DNA of 64,000 nucleotides, from positions 114,407 through 178,406 of the forward strand of contig NW_005434605.1 in assembly GCF_000315625.1 (NCBI RefSeq), given 5' to 3'. The DNA comes from Guillardia theta CCMP2712. Lineage: Eukaryota > Protista > Cryptophyta. A program made the translations under genes and the position numbers. Shown here in pieces: positions 48,329 to 61,477 of the stretch. Under the pieces are notes generated by a model that saw only the letters and a program-made list of their open reading frames with translations, had not been told where the DNA came from and did no database searches. The stretch's first letter is position 1, and each line of letters starts with the position of its first letter.

Positions 48329-50074
48329 CTACTTGCTAGGCTCAACAGGTTTGGGGCTCGAGCAAGCCTCAGGGGAGTCATCCTCTCCTAGCAACACCTT
48401 GATAACGAACACGGTGATCGGGACTGCAAGGAAAAGAGCTCCAATGCCAAAGACATGCTCCGTCACATACAGTGCAATCAAAACTCTGCAAGGAAGTCAA
48501 AAATTTGTTCCCCTGACCTGGACTCACTTACAGGAGGGGGTGGAGCTTCAGTTTTGAACTGTAGATCTGAGGATTCAAGAAATATGCCTCGATGGCATGA
48601 ACTATCAATACCATCAGGATCACCTAAGCATGTCTGGTCACGGTCCACCTGTTGCTGCCTCAAACAACTCACCTGGAACATTTTGAAAACACCGGATTCA
48701 GACAAGGCAACCATGCCCATCGGTAATGTTGAAAGAATTACTCCTGCAAGCTGAACACAAAAATGAGTGCAGGCAAGGAAAGGCGAGTGAAGCCTACTGG
48801 GATAAACGAGCAAACAAACACGAGGATGGAAAAGAATGGTGCCCCGGGCAGATCCAAAAGCAATAATCCAGCAGTCGTGAGCATCGTGTTCCACAGTGCG
48901 ATGAGAAGTTGAGCCTCGAGACTTTTCCCAATCAGACGGCCAAACAAACTATCGAAATGCAATTAGAATTAAAAATTGTCAAATTCAACCCTCACCACAC
49001 TCGTGGAGCGATTTCATTGTAAGCGAATGAAACTATACTCTTCTCCTGGCCCAAACGTTGCACGCCACGTTGGATGCGTGCCTTATCAAATATGCAGATG
49101 AAAGAAAAAAATAACGAAACAAGAACTTGCATCAGCCATGTGCTGCTGCTCCTCAGGATTTTGTTAAAAACTGGCAAGAGTGCCAGAACATATCCCTTCA
49201 GGCTCTGTTGCAGCTGTAGGGTGAGAATCGGGGCGGAGCCCTCGGCGAGCTTTAAGGACTGGATAGCAGCCTTTGAGGGTTCTCCATAGACGGAGGTCAG
49301 GAGAACTTCAATGCGCATGGTGACGTCAGGCCCCAAGATGGAGTGGATACTGTTTGCAAGCTCCACATAGGGGTTGTCCGAGAGGAGCAGCTGCTTCAGG
49401 TACCTCCAAGACGTGATGATTTGAGGCACTGTGAAGAACGTTGCAAAAAAGATCGCGTTGATGATGACGACGATGTAAAGGACGGACAGCATTTGCCTGG
49501 AAATGTGAGGAAGCTTAATGCCGAACCGGCTAATCGCAAACTTCCTAATAGAGTCCGACTGCCTCTCCCACAGCGCAACCACCGAGTTTCCAACGAAGGA
49601 GAAGATGAATGTTCCCATGATGACCCCATAGAATGATCTTGCAAGATAACATGCGATGCCGAAAGCCAGCCAGGACAAGAGGCGCATCGCCATCTCATCG
49701 CTGGCAAGCTGCTCCAGCCACCTTGAGGGCTGGCTGTCATCAACCACGGAAGTGCTTTCTGACTCCAATAGTGTTACTCTCCTTGTTCGGCTTCTGCTAG
49801 CTGGAAGAACATCAAATCTTTTCCTGGATCCCGTAGAAAGCTTGCTGAAGCTGTTGATCTGCCCAGGATCAAATGAAGAAAATGAAGAGGAGCACCGAAC
49901 CGTACATGAGTTCGATGCTGAACCTCTCCTCCAACATGATGCAGGCTTGTGAGACCATGGTGCTTTTACAAATGCAGCATGCTGAAGGCCATGAGCTGGC
50001 GAGATCATGAACAAGGGGCCGGCGATCGTAACGACAACAATCGTGCTGATTGAGAGGATCCTTGGAATGGGCAT
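48329..50074 (-). CDS. AI-2E (PerM/UPF0118) family transporter, probably plastid-targeted; multi-exon
   Basis: Signal-like MPIPRILSISTIVVVTIAG...HAAFV plus a Ser/Arg-rich transit-like stretch. Family-type segments are GKSLEAQLLIALWNTMLT, FVCSFIPV(A)GVILSTLP and EHVFGIGALFLAVPITVF. Stop at 48329-48331. Confidence 0.82.
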
Positions 50075-50254
50075 CGTAAAGAGAAATGAAGCAGCACAAG
50101 CAATGCACAGCAGAGAATGAAGGCCAGGGAGACGAAGGTCCCAAAGAGCTACGAGGAATAGGCAGCTCGAGAGGCTGCATGGAAGGGCGCGCAGGGCGGC
50201 AGCACCTGCCAGCAGGGGCCTGCCATTGCGACGCGACAATAACGGACCCTTCGA

Positions 50255-50870
50255 AGGGGTGGGGTGGCAAAGATGCAGGGTTAAGGTGATGGAGGAAGAA
50301 ATCCGAATGGGTGGGGGTGAATTGAACATTGTCTTTCATGGGGTACAAACACTAGATTTAGGGTGGTAGGGTATAGACCACAGGGGGTAGTGACAGATGG
50401 GATGGTTTGACAAGGGAGGGTTTCCATCGATTTACCTAGGGTAGGGTCAGGGGTAGGGTGATCGGTCCAGGGTAGAGCGGGGAAGGTGGTGTGCAGTGCT
50501 GACTACCGGTACATAAATCTGAATTCTCATGTACAATTCTGTGGTGGGTCATCAGGAGGTATAGGGTCTCCGGAGGAAATGAATCAGGTAAAGGTGTTTT
50601 CTACCAAATGGATTGACCTAATCTATTTTGAAAATTAATCGACCATTTCTGATAAATTTCAAATTATCAGCATACATCTTTGAAAACGAAGAGGCTCTAA
50701 TGCAAGTGGTACCCCCTACCATGAAAGAATCCAAAGTACCCTCTCATATACTGTTACATAGAAGGTATGGATGTGGTAGGGTGATAATATAGAGGGGGTG
50801 GGGGTGGCAGCTCACAAGGGGAATTGAGGCCGATGGATCCATGGAGGGAGGAGGGAACTTGGGGAGGTGA
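50255..50870 (+). other. GGGT-rich intergenic tract with an embedded AT-rich patch, between divergent genes
   Basis: Same word usage as 47030-47910. Confidence 0.7.
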
Positions 50871-51160
50871 AGGAGGGAGAAGAAGGAGAAGGGGAGAGAG
50901 TGAGAAAGCGAATGCAAGGGAGGAACAAGGCATGGAGAAGTCAGCCGAAGGAATGGGTCCTTCGAAACGTCATCTCTCATCAGGGAACGAGTAGAAAAGC
51001 CCAGGAAAAGATTTCATCTCTGTACGAACGAACAAGACAGGTTCAACAAGTTGTGATTGATTTGGGAGAGGCGCAGCGAAATTGAAAACAAACCACAAGT
51101 ATTGCGCTACGATCTTGAGTCTTCAATCGAAGACACTACAAAAGGCGTAAACTTCGGAAG

Positions 51161-52415
51161 ATGGGAATAGGAATGGACTCGATCGTACAGGCTGCTTCTG
51201 CGGGGGCAGGTACGACTTCAACCTGAGCTTCAAGAAGAATCATCATAGCTGACACTTACTTCTCCTTTGCTCTCTCCCTACCTCTCTCCAGCCTCCGCGG
51301 TCACGACGTTAGTGTTATATCCTCTTGATGTGGTGAAAACAAGGTAGAAACACAAAATTCCTCGGGAAAGTCTTCCACGTCCCTATTCACGATGACGTCA
51401 GATTGAACGCCGGAGCTGATGAAGATGGGGTCGCGTATAAGGGAGCCGGTGACGTGATACGGAAGCAACTGAAGAAGAAAGGATTGAGAGGGTTCTACAA
51501 GGGTATCCAGGTGGTCGTGCTTGCCCTTCGGACCTACCCTCCTCACCCTCGCTCCCTCAGGTCAAGCTGATTCAAGACGTGGTCAGGAGCGTGTCTTTCT
51601 TCTACGTCTTTGCCGTCTTGAAGGGCTTCTACTCGAAGCAGTTCGGCAGGATCGGGCTACGAGCGAACCTTCTGCTGGGATACCTCTCAGCAACCATGAA
51701 CCTCCTCCTAACCATGCCCATCGAGGTGGCGAACACGCGGCAGATGACAGGAGTGTCGAGCGGGGGATTCCTGGCCATCCTGGCTGAGCTCGTGCAGAAG
51801 AAGGGCTTCAGCGGGCTGTACACGGGCATCTTGACCAACTTCATCCTCTGCCTCAACCCCGCCATCAAGCACATGGTCTTCGATCAGGTTCCCTCTTCCT
51901 TCCAGCCCTCCTCCTCTCACATGTTACCCAAGGTGAAAGCGAGGATATTGAAGGGTAGACGCGCTCTGTCCGCCATGCAGTCTTTCTTTCTCGGGGCGGT
52001 AGCTACAGCCATCGCATCTACTGCTACATTTCCGGCTGCACGAGTTCGAGCGATCCTACAGTCGAGCAGCTTGACAGGTCTGTGTCTAGTTCTGCTTTCC
52101 CGCTTCCTTTGAATGGACTGCAGAGGTGAAAAGAGAGAAATGGATCGCCGTTCACATCCTGCGAGAGATCATTCGCAAAGATGGCTTCTCGTCCTTGTAC
52201 AAGGTGTTTCCAGCCTCGTCTGCTGCCCCTCTCGGCTAACAAGCCTCATCAGGGTCTAGGGCCGCAGCTCATGAAGGGCGTGCTGAGGTATAGAGGTGAA
52301 ATCTTTACTCGAACTAACAGGCCGCAACAGTTCGGCGTTGCTCCTTGCAACGAAGGAAAAGATTCACCATCAAGTAGACCAAGTCGTGAGGTGGGGATGG
52401 AACTTGTGGAAGTGA
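51161..52415 (+). CDS. Mitochondrial carrier family protein, peroxisomal adenine nucleotide/CoA carrier-like (PMP34/ANT1 type); multi-exon
   Basis: Carrier motifs YPLDVVKT|R, MPIEVANTRQ and FPAARVRAILQ. LCLNPAIKHMVFDQ and LLLATKEKI are typical of peroxisomal members. Confidence 0.85.
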
Positions 52416-52559
52416 CTCGCTGTGACATTCACCGTGAAGGGTGCTCCTTCTGGTCTTGCTCTTCTTTCTTGGCAAATCAAAACACAAGACCTTGCCGAGG
52501 GTTTCAGGCAAAATGTAAATATTTTCTCCGACATTGTCAAGCCTTGAACACGGGTCAAG

Positions 52560-53652
52560 ATGCTTTTGGGGTCCATCCTCCACCCTCCACCTTCTCGTCA
52601 GTTCTTGAACCAGTTCTGACAGAAGGAGAGAGAAGTCTGCCGATGCAACACCCTCTCTTTCCCTTCATCATGCCTGCCGTCCGCAGTCAGCGTTCACCAC
52701 CATATCGTCAGGGCCTCACAAGAGCTCCGTAGAGTTTCTTCCTGTCACATCGCTCCTGTATGTTCGGATTGCTGACCTGCCTACGACAACCGGAAGCTTC
52801 CATTGGACTCCTCCTGTCCAACTCCATCACGCCCCCAGCCGCAGGTTATCCTCCGCACCTGGTGCAGTGTACAATGTGCTCCTGTCTTGGGAGACCCCGA
52901 GCGTTGGCGAGGCAGTCGTTCCTCTCTTCACCGGGCTCGCAAAGGGCGGTGAGGAGGCTCCAGCCATCTGTCTTTCCCCTCAGCCGCTCGACAGCATAGG
53001 GGCCTCGAGGTCACCTTCGGGATGATCTTGAGACTCTTTCCTATGACGGGGTCGTGCAGTTCGTTCATGGTGTTCCTGTCAGGGTGGTGAAGTTCAGCTG
53101 GGAGGAAGCATGATGGAGGCGGAGACCGAGCCCCGGCGCATACCATGCACTCGGAGACTGTGACCGGAACAAGATCTTGCTCGGCGACAACCTCTGCAGG
53201 TGGTCCGTGGCCATAGCACCTGAGGCCACGTGCAGTGAGCGTCTGCCATATCGACGAGATGAAACCCTCCCCTACCTCGACTCTGCTGCGAGCTCGCGAT
53301 GGATCGGTTGAACCTGCTGTAAGTCGACTCGAATGGAAACACTGCAGGCATTTTTGAGCTGCAGGGATGGAGAGTTTCAAGTCACCGACATGCTGAAGCG
53401 AAAGATCAATCAGTCAAGTCACCTGCCCACTGAACCCTCTACAACAGAGTTTTCTTCGTGCACTGGCAGCCAAGCGTTCTCGTCCTGTCGTAGTCTCCCA
53501 TGGCTTGTAGGAGATCTATTTCCAACCTTGAAACGCTGCAGCTGTGGCCTTTCGTCATAGACTTCATCCCTCTTGACCCGGTCCTCTGTGTATGCTAGTG
53601 GAGACAGCACAGCCTTGGAGGGCTGGATGTAGTTCATCGCTTCGACTGTCAT
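52560..53652 (-). CDS. Hypothetical protein; multi-exon, structure unresolved
   Basis: ATG-initiated exon 53652-53430 ends at a GT donor, and several short GT-AG introns follow. No recognisable domain. Confidence 0.35.
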
Positions 53653-54129
53653 TCTAGACGATCTGGTCCCCCCCTCCTCCGGAATTTACAGAACCCTGAA
53701 GTTTGCTATAGGATGGTTGCCCTGCTGATCTGAATGGGACAACAGCACAGCCTGAATTTCCCGTAGTAGCTGTGTGAGGCTCGCCGCTAGGACGGTCCGA
53801 TCACTGTCGCCGCTTGCCAGCCGCTCCGAGGGTCAGTGCTGGGTCAGTACCGCTGCTACCGTAGTCCCTCGCCGCTCCTCCTCCAACTACTGAGTAAATG
53901 AGTCACGAGGACGTCGTGGATGCGGTCAAAGTTGTCATCTACTGGCGAGCGTGTAAGGTACTCTCAGTTGGAATTTACTGATATAAATATTGTTGATATA
54001 TTTGAAACTTTCAGTATAATTTTGAAATAATAGAGAATTTGGTGATTCTGTTTTGGAATTGTCCTGCGATTCTCTTCGATTTTGACATATATTGATAATT
54101 TCAGGACCAATCTGCATACGTATTCGGAA

Positions 54130-54600
54130 GGGTGGGGTGGTCGGAGCAGTAAGGGGGGGTGATCAGAGTGAGTGGAGGTTCCAGCCAGGGTTCATACGAT
54201 GCAAGCACCTGGGGTGGGGTCCTTTAAGTGGTCGTTAAAGGGGTGCTGGAATATTGTAAGCTCCATGGGGTGGTGTAAGGTGCTACAAATGCCCTAAGGA
54301 GACAGCTGAAAGGAGGGGGTAGTCAGAGAACATTGTCGTACATTTGCAGGGTGGGTGAAAGGAGTATGGGGTAGGGGTGGACTCGGGGGTATAGGTTGTA
54401 GGGGTTGGATTTGGGAAAAAGGGATTGCTTGGGGTTGGGGGTATCAAATGTTGGGTAGGGGTATAGAACTTTCAGGTAGATCCAGTTAAAATGGTGGGTA
54501 GTACGAAGGGAAGAGGAGGGGTTATATAGCAGAAAGGTGGGTAGGGGGTTGGTGATGACTTGGAGGTCGATTGGGTTTGGTTGGGTGGGGGCAGGCAGCC
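54130..54600 (+). other. GGGT-rich intergenic tract between divergent genes
   Basis: Same word usage as the other tracts. Confidence 0.75.
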
Positions 54601-55129
54601 AGGGATGAGCGCATGTGGCGACATGCGGGTTGACGAGGAGGAGATGCGAGGAGAAGAGGAGGAGAGGTGGAGAGAAGTACAAGCGACGGTGCAAGAGAGG
54701 TGAGGAGTAGGAAGAAGCGAGGAAGAAAGAGGAAGGGGAGGAGTTAGAGAGACAGTAGAGGTCAATGCAGCTGTGAAAGTAGTGGGAGACTGCTTTTGAG
54801 GTGGCAGGGTTGCGAGAGAGCTTCGAGATCTTTACCGGGACCATGCAGAAAGATCTGATATGTAGAGCTATCTTAGAGTCGCATGCGTAGGGCTCATGCC
54901 GCTTGCTGGGGGCGTTTGTTTGTGGATCAGATGATCCGTTTTGTTAGACGATGAACAATCCGGCTGTGCGAGAGATCTCATCCTTACAAGCAGGTGGAAT
55001 TGACTTGCAACTGGAAAAGCATCTGAAAGCTCTAATTGCTTCTTATTCTTTCATGAGCGGGTTCGCTTAGAGAGCACGGAGGCTATGTTTTATTAGGGTC
55101 CAGAGACCGTGGTTTGAAGTGAGCTGACC

Positions 55130-56756
55130 ATGAGCACTTCGGCCGCATCTTCGTCCTCTGTCAGTGGCTTGAGCCACAGCCAACCTGTCGAGCCTGTCAT
55201 CCCTGGATCAGCCAAGGCCCAGCGCTATCGACCGGATCTGCTGCAAGATCCCGAGAAAGCGAAGGACTCGACGGTTGTAGACGTGACGAAGAGGCTGGTA
55301 GCGGGGGGGATCGCAGGAGCATGGGCCAAGACGGCGATCGCTCCGCTTGACAGAACCAAGATCATCTTTCAGACGAGCGAGAAGAAGTTTTGTGCGAGGA
55401 ACGTCGTCATAGAGATGGTACTTCCTGTGTGGCAGGAAGGTTACAGATGCTGACGGTATGGCAAGGTCGAGATTGTGAAGAGAGAAGGGGTCAACGGGTT
55501 GTGGAGAGGGAACTGTGCTACAGTGATGCGGGTGTTTCCATATGCTGGGATTCAGTTCGCAGCATTTGACGTTTACAAGCATTTCTTGAGCAAAGGTATC
55601 AGCGCGTTGACCCCCTTTCGTCTCTCCTGCAGATCTGACCTCTCCCTCACAGACCCTGATAGCATGTCGGCGGCGCAGAGGCTGCTGGCGGGTTCGGCTG
55701 CTGGCGCGACTGCCGTTGCCGTCACGTACCCGCTGGATCTCATTCGAGCTCGACTAGCAGTGAGTTCTGTCGCCTGCTGCTTACATCAGCTGCGATGATT
55801 CAGTGCGGGATGTTTAAGTTGCTCACTTCTGCGACAGGTGAGGCGGACATGGGAGGGTTCTGTGGCAAGGAAGGTCTGGTGGCAAGCCATCACTGGAGGA
55901 CACGATAGAATAACCGTCAAGCAGCTGTAAGAAGTCTGCTGTGAAGACTGTGAGAGGGACCTGAGTTCGTTGGGACGGCAGATACCGAGGGTTGAGCCCG
56001 ACTTTGTTAGGCATCCTGCCATACGCAGGTGATGGAGGAGTCGTTGTGCAAGTCTCGACTGAAAGTTTCTCCTCCTGCTGCTGGGATATCTTGTAGGGAT
56101 CGCCTTCCTCACGAGAGATACCTTGAACCATCTTGCTTCCAAACACTACCACACCACCCCCCTGGAGACTCCGCTGAAAGCCAAGATGTTTGCTGGCGCG
56201 GTGAGAACACTGAGAGTTGCTTGTCTTGGTCCTTATTTCTTGACCTGAACCTTCCGGGCTGCAGGTGGCTGGTCTTGTTGCTCAATCTTCCACGTGAGGA
56301 TCGACGAGAGTGCTGTGTAGATCTGACCGGGTTTGTAGATACCCTCTCGACCTCGTTCGGAGAAGAATGCAGACGGAGGGATTTGTCGAGACTGTGCGAT
56401 TACTCTGGACTCTCCACTTCAATTGCTGTGACAAACTTGACAGGGACTGGATCACGTCAGGAGCTCGAGCGGTAGGGTCGCCACACCTTACTTCAAGTCA
56501 ATCTCTTTCACACTGCACTACATCTACAAGTGAGAGAGAGCATTGTAGTCTGCCGCTCCTTCTTATCTGTGTGACCTACAGGCAAGATGGCTTGAAGGGA
56601 TTGTTTAAGGGGTTGTCGATGAACTGGATCAAGGGCCCAGTTGCGTAAGTGAGCAAAGCAAACGCTCCTCCTCGCTCACTCTCCTCACTCAACAGGTTCA
56701 TGATCAGTTTCACGGTCTTCGACTACATGAAGATTTATTTCCGCATCGAGAGATGA
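55130..56756 (+). CDS. Mitochondrial carrier family protein, CoA transporter-like (SLC25A42/Leu5 type); multi-exon
   Basis: AGGIAGAWAKTAIAPLDRTKIIFQ, LWRGNCATVMRVFPYAGIQF, TYPLDLIRARLA, YPLDLVRRRMQ and GLFKGLSMNWIKGP. Confidence 0.9.
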
Positions 56757-56970
56757 TGAGGATGATGATGATGACGACGACGACGACGACGACGACGACG
56801 ATGGTGGTGGTGATGGTGAGGATGGATAAGGTCTCGCAACTTTGGCGCTGGCTAGATCAAGGGAGGTTACTGCTGGAGGGAGGAGAGGGTAGCGATGGCG
56901 TTGCAGCTTCAGTTGTCGCGGGGTAAGGAAGTTAACTTAGGTTTCTAAATGAACCATGTCGCTCTAGATC

Positions 56971-58975
56971 CTATGAGATGAGATGAAGAGAATCGAGCGC
57001 TTTCATGGCAGGAAAGCCGAAGGGGAAACGATCTTCCTCTCCTAACTCATGTTCTCCCCCTTCTACGAAATCCTTTCTTCTTCCCTTCCTGACCGATCCA
57101 CCTCCTTTGCCCCCCACTCCGCCCCCCCCCCCCACTATTCCCCCCGTCCTTATCATCTTGATCATATTTATAGTCATCATCGTTTCTCCTCCTGTTTCCC
57201 TCGTTCACTCATTTCCCTCCTCGGACTTCTGTTCTAATCAAATCTTCATAATCGTTATATACATTCAGTGGAGCTCAGGGTACTCGTTGGCCTGGCTGAC
57301 TTGGCAGTTGTTGAGGTACCCGAGGATCTGCCGAAACAATGAGATGTGGAGAGGCAGAACATGAGAGGAGGGAGAAGAGAAAGCAAGAAGACCAAGGGTT
57401 GAGGGAGGGAGGGAGCGAGGGAGGGAGGGAGGGAGAGGGAAGAGGGAGGGAAAGGGACAGGAAGCGGGGAGAGAGGGAAGGCAGCAGAGGAGGTTGCGAC
57501 TGGGAGGACCTTCGAGACATCGGACATGAAGGGGACTGTTGTCGTCTTGGAGTTTCCGATCATGAAGGTGACGAGCTCTTCCTGGTACCGCAGGATGCTG
57601 AGAGTAAAGCAGTCAGGTGACGAACCTCAGCTCTCCTCCTCCTTCTTCTTCCCTCCCTCCCTCCTCACCTTTCCCTCTCTCCCAATCTTTTCCTCTCCCT
57701 CTACCTTCCTGCTCCTCCCTCCTCCTCCCCTCTCCTCTCTCCTTCTCTTTCCCTCCTTGTTCCCTCTTCCTCCCTCTCCTGCGCTGCCCAGTCCTGCTCT
57801 GCTCTCTCCCCGGCTCTTCCTCACCATTCGGACAGCCGGCGGCAGTTCGGGGAGAGGATGGCACAGAGCGATTCTGCGGCTCTTGCTTGAAAGGAAAATG
57901 TCTCTGAGTCTTCTAGGATGCACTGACATGGCCAGTCAGGGTCGAGGAGGATGCGAATGAAAGTGGAAAGATGGTGAAGGAGGAGAAGGAAGAAGAGGAT
58001 AGGGGAAATGAGAACGAGGGCGGAGGAACGAGGAAGGAGGGAGAGAAAAAGAGGAAGGAGGGAGAGAAAAAGAGGAAGGAGGGAGAGAAAAAGAGGAAGG
58101 AGGGAGAGAAAAAGAGGAAGGAGGGAGGTGACAAATGCGGAGAAACACAACTGTCCTAACCTGAAGGAGAACGTCAACTAGCGCTTCATCTGCCATTCGC
58201 TCCTGGACAACAAACAAGTCAATCAATTTTTGGGACCCCCTTCTTGTCCCTGGCCCCTCCCTCTCCCTTCCTCCCTCCTCTCTGTCTTAATCTCTGTCCT
58301 GCCCTTCTCCCTAAATCCCACTAATTTTGCTGTTCTGCTCTCTTCTGCCCTCCCATCTCCAATTCCTCTTCCTCTCCCCCGGAACGAGCGGTACCTTGAA
58401 TGAGGCAGGGGCATCTTTCAGCCGGGCGATGAAGTTGTATGCCGCATCCTTCTCCGGGCCCTGGTTACAGTCACAACCCAAGGATATACAGAAGAGAGGT
58501 AAGAAGCATGAGGAACGGAGGAGAGAAGTGGAGGAGAGGAAAGGAGACATAGGGAGAAGGACGAAGAGGACGAGGACAAGGAGGACAAGGAGGAGAAAGA
58601 CGTACCTTGGTGCTGACAAGCATGCTGGTGACCATCTCTGGCAGTCCTTGGCTACTCACTCGGATTAGCAGGGGAGGAAGAAGTCCCTTGACCCTACCAG
58701 GTGAAGTCGGCGAGCATGTGACCGGCGTCTTCGATGACAGCGAGCGAGGAGAGGACACGGAGCAGAGTGATCTTGATGGGGAAGGTTGGATCGGAGAGCA
58801 CGAGCTTGTTGAGCTCAAGGAAGAGATCTCTAGGGATCATGATGCTCATAGTCCCATGCTGCAGCTGCGTGTGGAAAGCTCTCATTCCAGGTACAAGATT
58901 TCCCCTCCCCTGCTGCTACTGCTGCTGTGGCTCTTTGCTACTCCTACTCTTACTTGTTCTCCTCTTTCATCCTGG

Positions 58976-59057
<82 letters not shown>

Positions 59058-61477
59058 CTTTCCCCCTGATCTTTCTCGTCCTCGTCCTCGTCCTCTTGCC
59101 TCCTCCTCTCACCTCACGGATGGCGAACGCTGTCTTCTCGATGATCTGAAGGACCATCATCTGGATGTCGAACCTGTAGAGAGGATGAGACTCTTCGACA
59201 CTGTCAAGCAGGAGAAAGCTCTCACTGCTTGAAGGCGCTCAGGCAGCTTGCCAGCGCGTCCCAGTACTGTGTGCACTTGGCCGCGATGAAGGCGAGAGGA
59301 GGGACAAACGAGAAGTTTCGGAGGATGTTGAGAGCCTTGTACGTGTAGTCCTCGCAGGACTCCTGCGACACTGGATCACCAGGAGGGGAGGAGAAAGAGG
59401 ACGAAGACGATGAGAGGGAGAGACGTAGGGAAGCAAGGAGGAGCAGGAGGAAGAGGAGGAGAAGCGGCGGTGCTTGCATCAGCAGCACATCACATTGATG
59501 ACTCACCACCTCTCCCCATCGGTTGCATGCGACCGCCAGCAGCTCGGGTTGTCTCGCCAGCCGGTAGAGAAAGCGAGCAAGAGCGCAGCAGATCCCCTCT
59601 GACAGCTCCACGTGCGGCTCACAGCCGTTCGCTGCCTCCCAGGAGTTGAGGGAGAGGACGCCGAGGGCCCACAGCAGTTCGTCCTGTAAGCCGCTCTCAA
59701 GCGCCCGACAGATTCTCTTCCCCCTCGCGATCGGGTTGTCAGGGTCGCTCGATCCCTTGCAGCGATCCAAGAAGGGCTTGCTGCTCGCGTTGGCGAACCC
59801 TGACAGCCCGGCCCGCCCCTGAGTCTCCTCGCCGACCCTGGCAAGGAGCGAGTGACCCTCCTCCACGCGCTTGCGGGCCTCTGAGATCCCCTTCGCCATC
59901 TTGCGAGGGAGGGGGGCAGAGAAAAGCTCCTCCCTCACGTCCCCGATCTCAATGCCGTGAATGTCGTGGATCTCGAAGGCATAGAGGTGGCGCAGGTAGA
60001 GCTTGCGGAGCTCTGCGAAGATTTGATAGTCCGGCTTGAGGCCCAGGAGCTTGCAAACTTCGTGCCATATCCTCTGCCTCACCACCGCCTCCAGCCCTCC
60101 GCTCTTCCTTATCACGTGGTACAGGTCGAACAGCTCAATCTCCTTGTCCTGTACCTTGACCGTCAAAACTCTCAGCCCCTGCGGCGAATGCTTGTTGAGA
60201 AACTCCTGATACTTTTCTCTCCATTTTTTCTGACACAAGCAGAGTCAGAGCAGGGAGAGCACGAGGAGGAGGGACGAAGATGCTGTCGAGGGTGAAGCAG
60301 ACGGAGTTTTCCTTACCTTGGTTTGAGCGTCCACGTTCCACTTCTGAAATTTCTGCTGGTCAGCGAAGCTGACAGAGAGGTTTCTAGACGCGAGCTCCTC
60401 GTGGTGTAGGAGACCGTCTTTCACAACGAGACCAACTTTGCTGATCTCCTTCAAGACTCCATTCTCAAATATCGTGAACGAGTCCTGCGACTCGGCGCCG
60501 CTCGGCTGCAAAGTCCGGGGATCGACTTTGTCATCGATCTGCATCGCATCTCCTTCCTGCCTGGCTGTCGCCTCGGTCGACCTTCCCTTCTTGGCCTTAT
60601 CCAAAGTTCCTCGCCGAGGGCTGCCGACCTCCTTGCCCGATCTCAACTTCTCATACATCTCAAGCTTGTCGAGCCCTGACTCGAAGAAAATCTTCCTGAC
60701 AGCCGTGCAGAAGCCAAGAGAAGCTATCGTTCCACTCCTCCCCTCGCCTGTAGAGTGAGAAGATTTTTGTGAAAGGAGCTGATCAGCAACGATGCGCCAA
60801 GAGTGCAACTGGGAGGAGACAAGGTGAGGAAGCCAACGTGACAAGCCAACGATACCTTCGATGATCCTCCATGCTCCTTCACGGCTTGATAGATGTCATA
60901 CAGAGTGACCTGCTTGTCATCTAGTACAAATGTCGGCATTCCCAGGGCATGCTGATTCGATTGGGTATCAAACTGCTCGAAGCAAAACGTTACCCGCCCT
61001 CCAAGCACGAATACACAGTACAATGCTTCTCTTCTCGCTGGGCACACAGTGCTTCCAGTCCGACAGGAATTTCTTGATTTCCCCATTCGTCTGGTTACAC
61101 GTAGCCTCCTTGCTCTGCGCATGAAGCTTGCGTCATGACATCGAGAGGGCAGCAGGTGCATCAACACAATCATCCTACCCCTTCACTGTCCTCCCAATTA
61201 TCGTCCCCCTTGATGCCCCCGCTGTATCCGAAGCTGGTCTTGACTGAACCCACGGATGAGAAGGATACCAGAAATGTGAGAGGGTATCTCACCTTTCTTA
61301 ATGTCCAGATTGAACTCCTTGCCCTTCTGGAATGAGAATCGAGAGGGCTCGCCAGAAACTAGCAGGATGCTTGGTGGATGTGGGAGGAGGAGGAGGAGGA
61401 GGAGGAGGAGGATTCCACTTGGCGATTCGACGAGCACGAATGATCTGTTGGTTCTCGGAGACCTGCAAGACCATCAT
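56971..61477 (-). CDS. ARID-domain SWI/SNF subunit-like protein (ARID1/ARID2 type) with two ARID domains; multi-exon, ends tentative
   Basis: ARID-a: VLDDKQVTLYDIYQAVKEHGG...SWRIVA. ARID-b: VQDKEIELFDLYHVIRKSGGLEAV...WHEVCKLLGL...LRKLYLRHLYAFE. These are followed by RALESGLQDELLWAL and ALNILRNFSF, armadillo-region motifs of ARID1/2. Confidence 0.8.
58030..58127 (+). repeat. 21-bp tandem repeat x4.7 (GAGGAAGGAGGGAGAGAAAAA), intronic
   Basis: Four perfect units plus a partial unit. Confidence 0.95.
58976..59056 (+). repeat. (TCCTGC)n microsatellite, intronic
   Basis: Directly visible. Confidence 0.95.
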
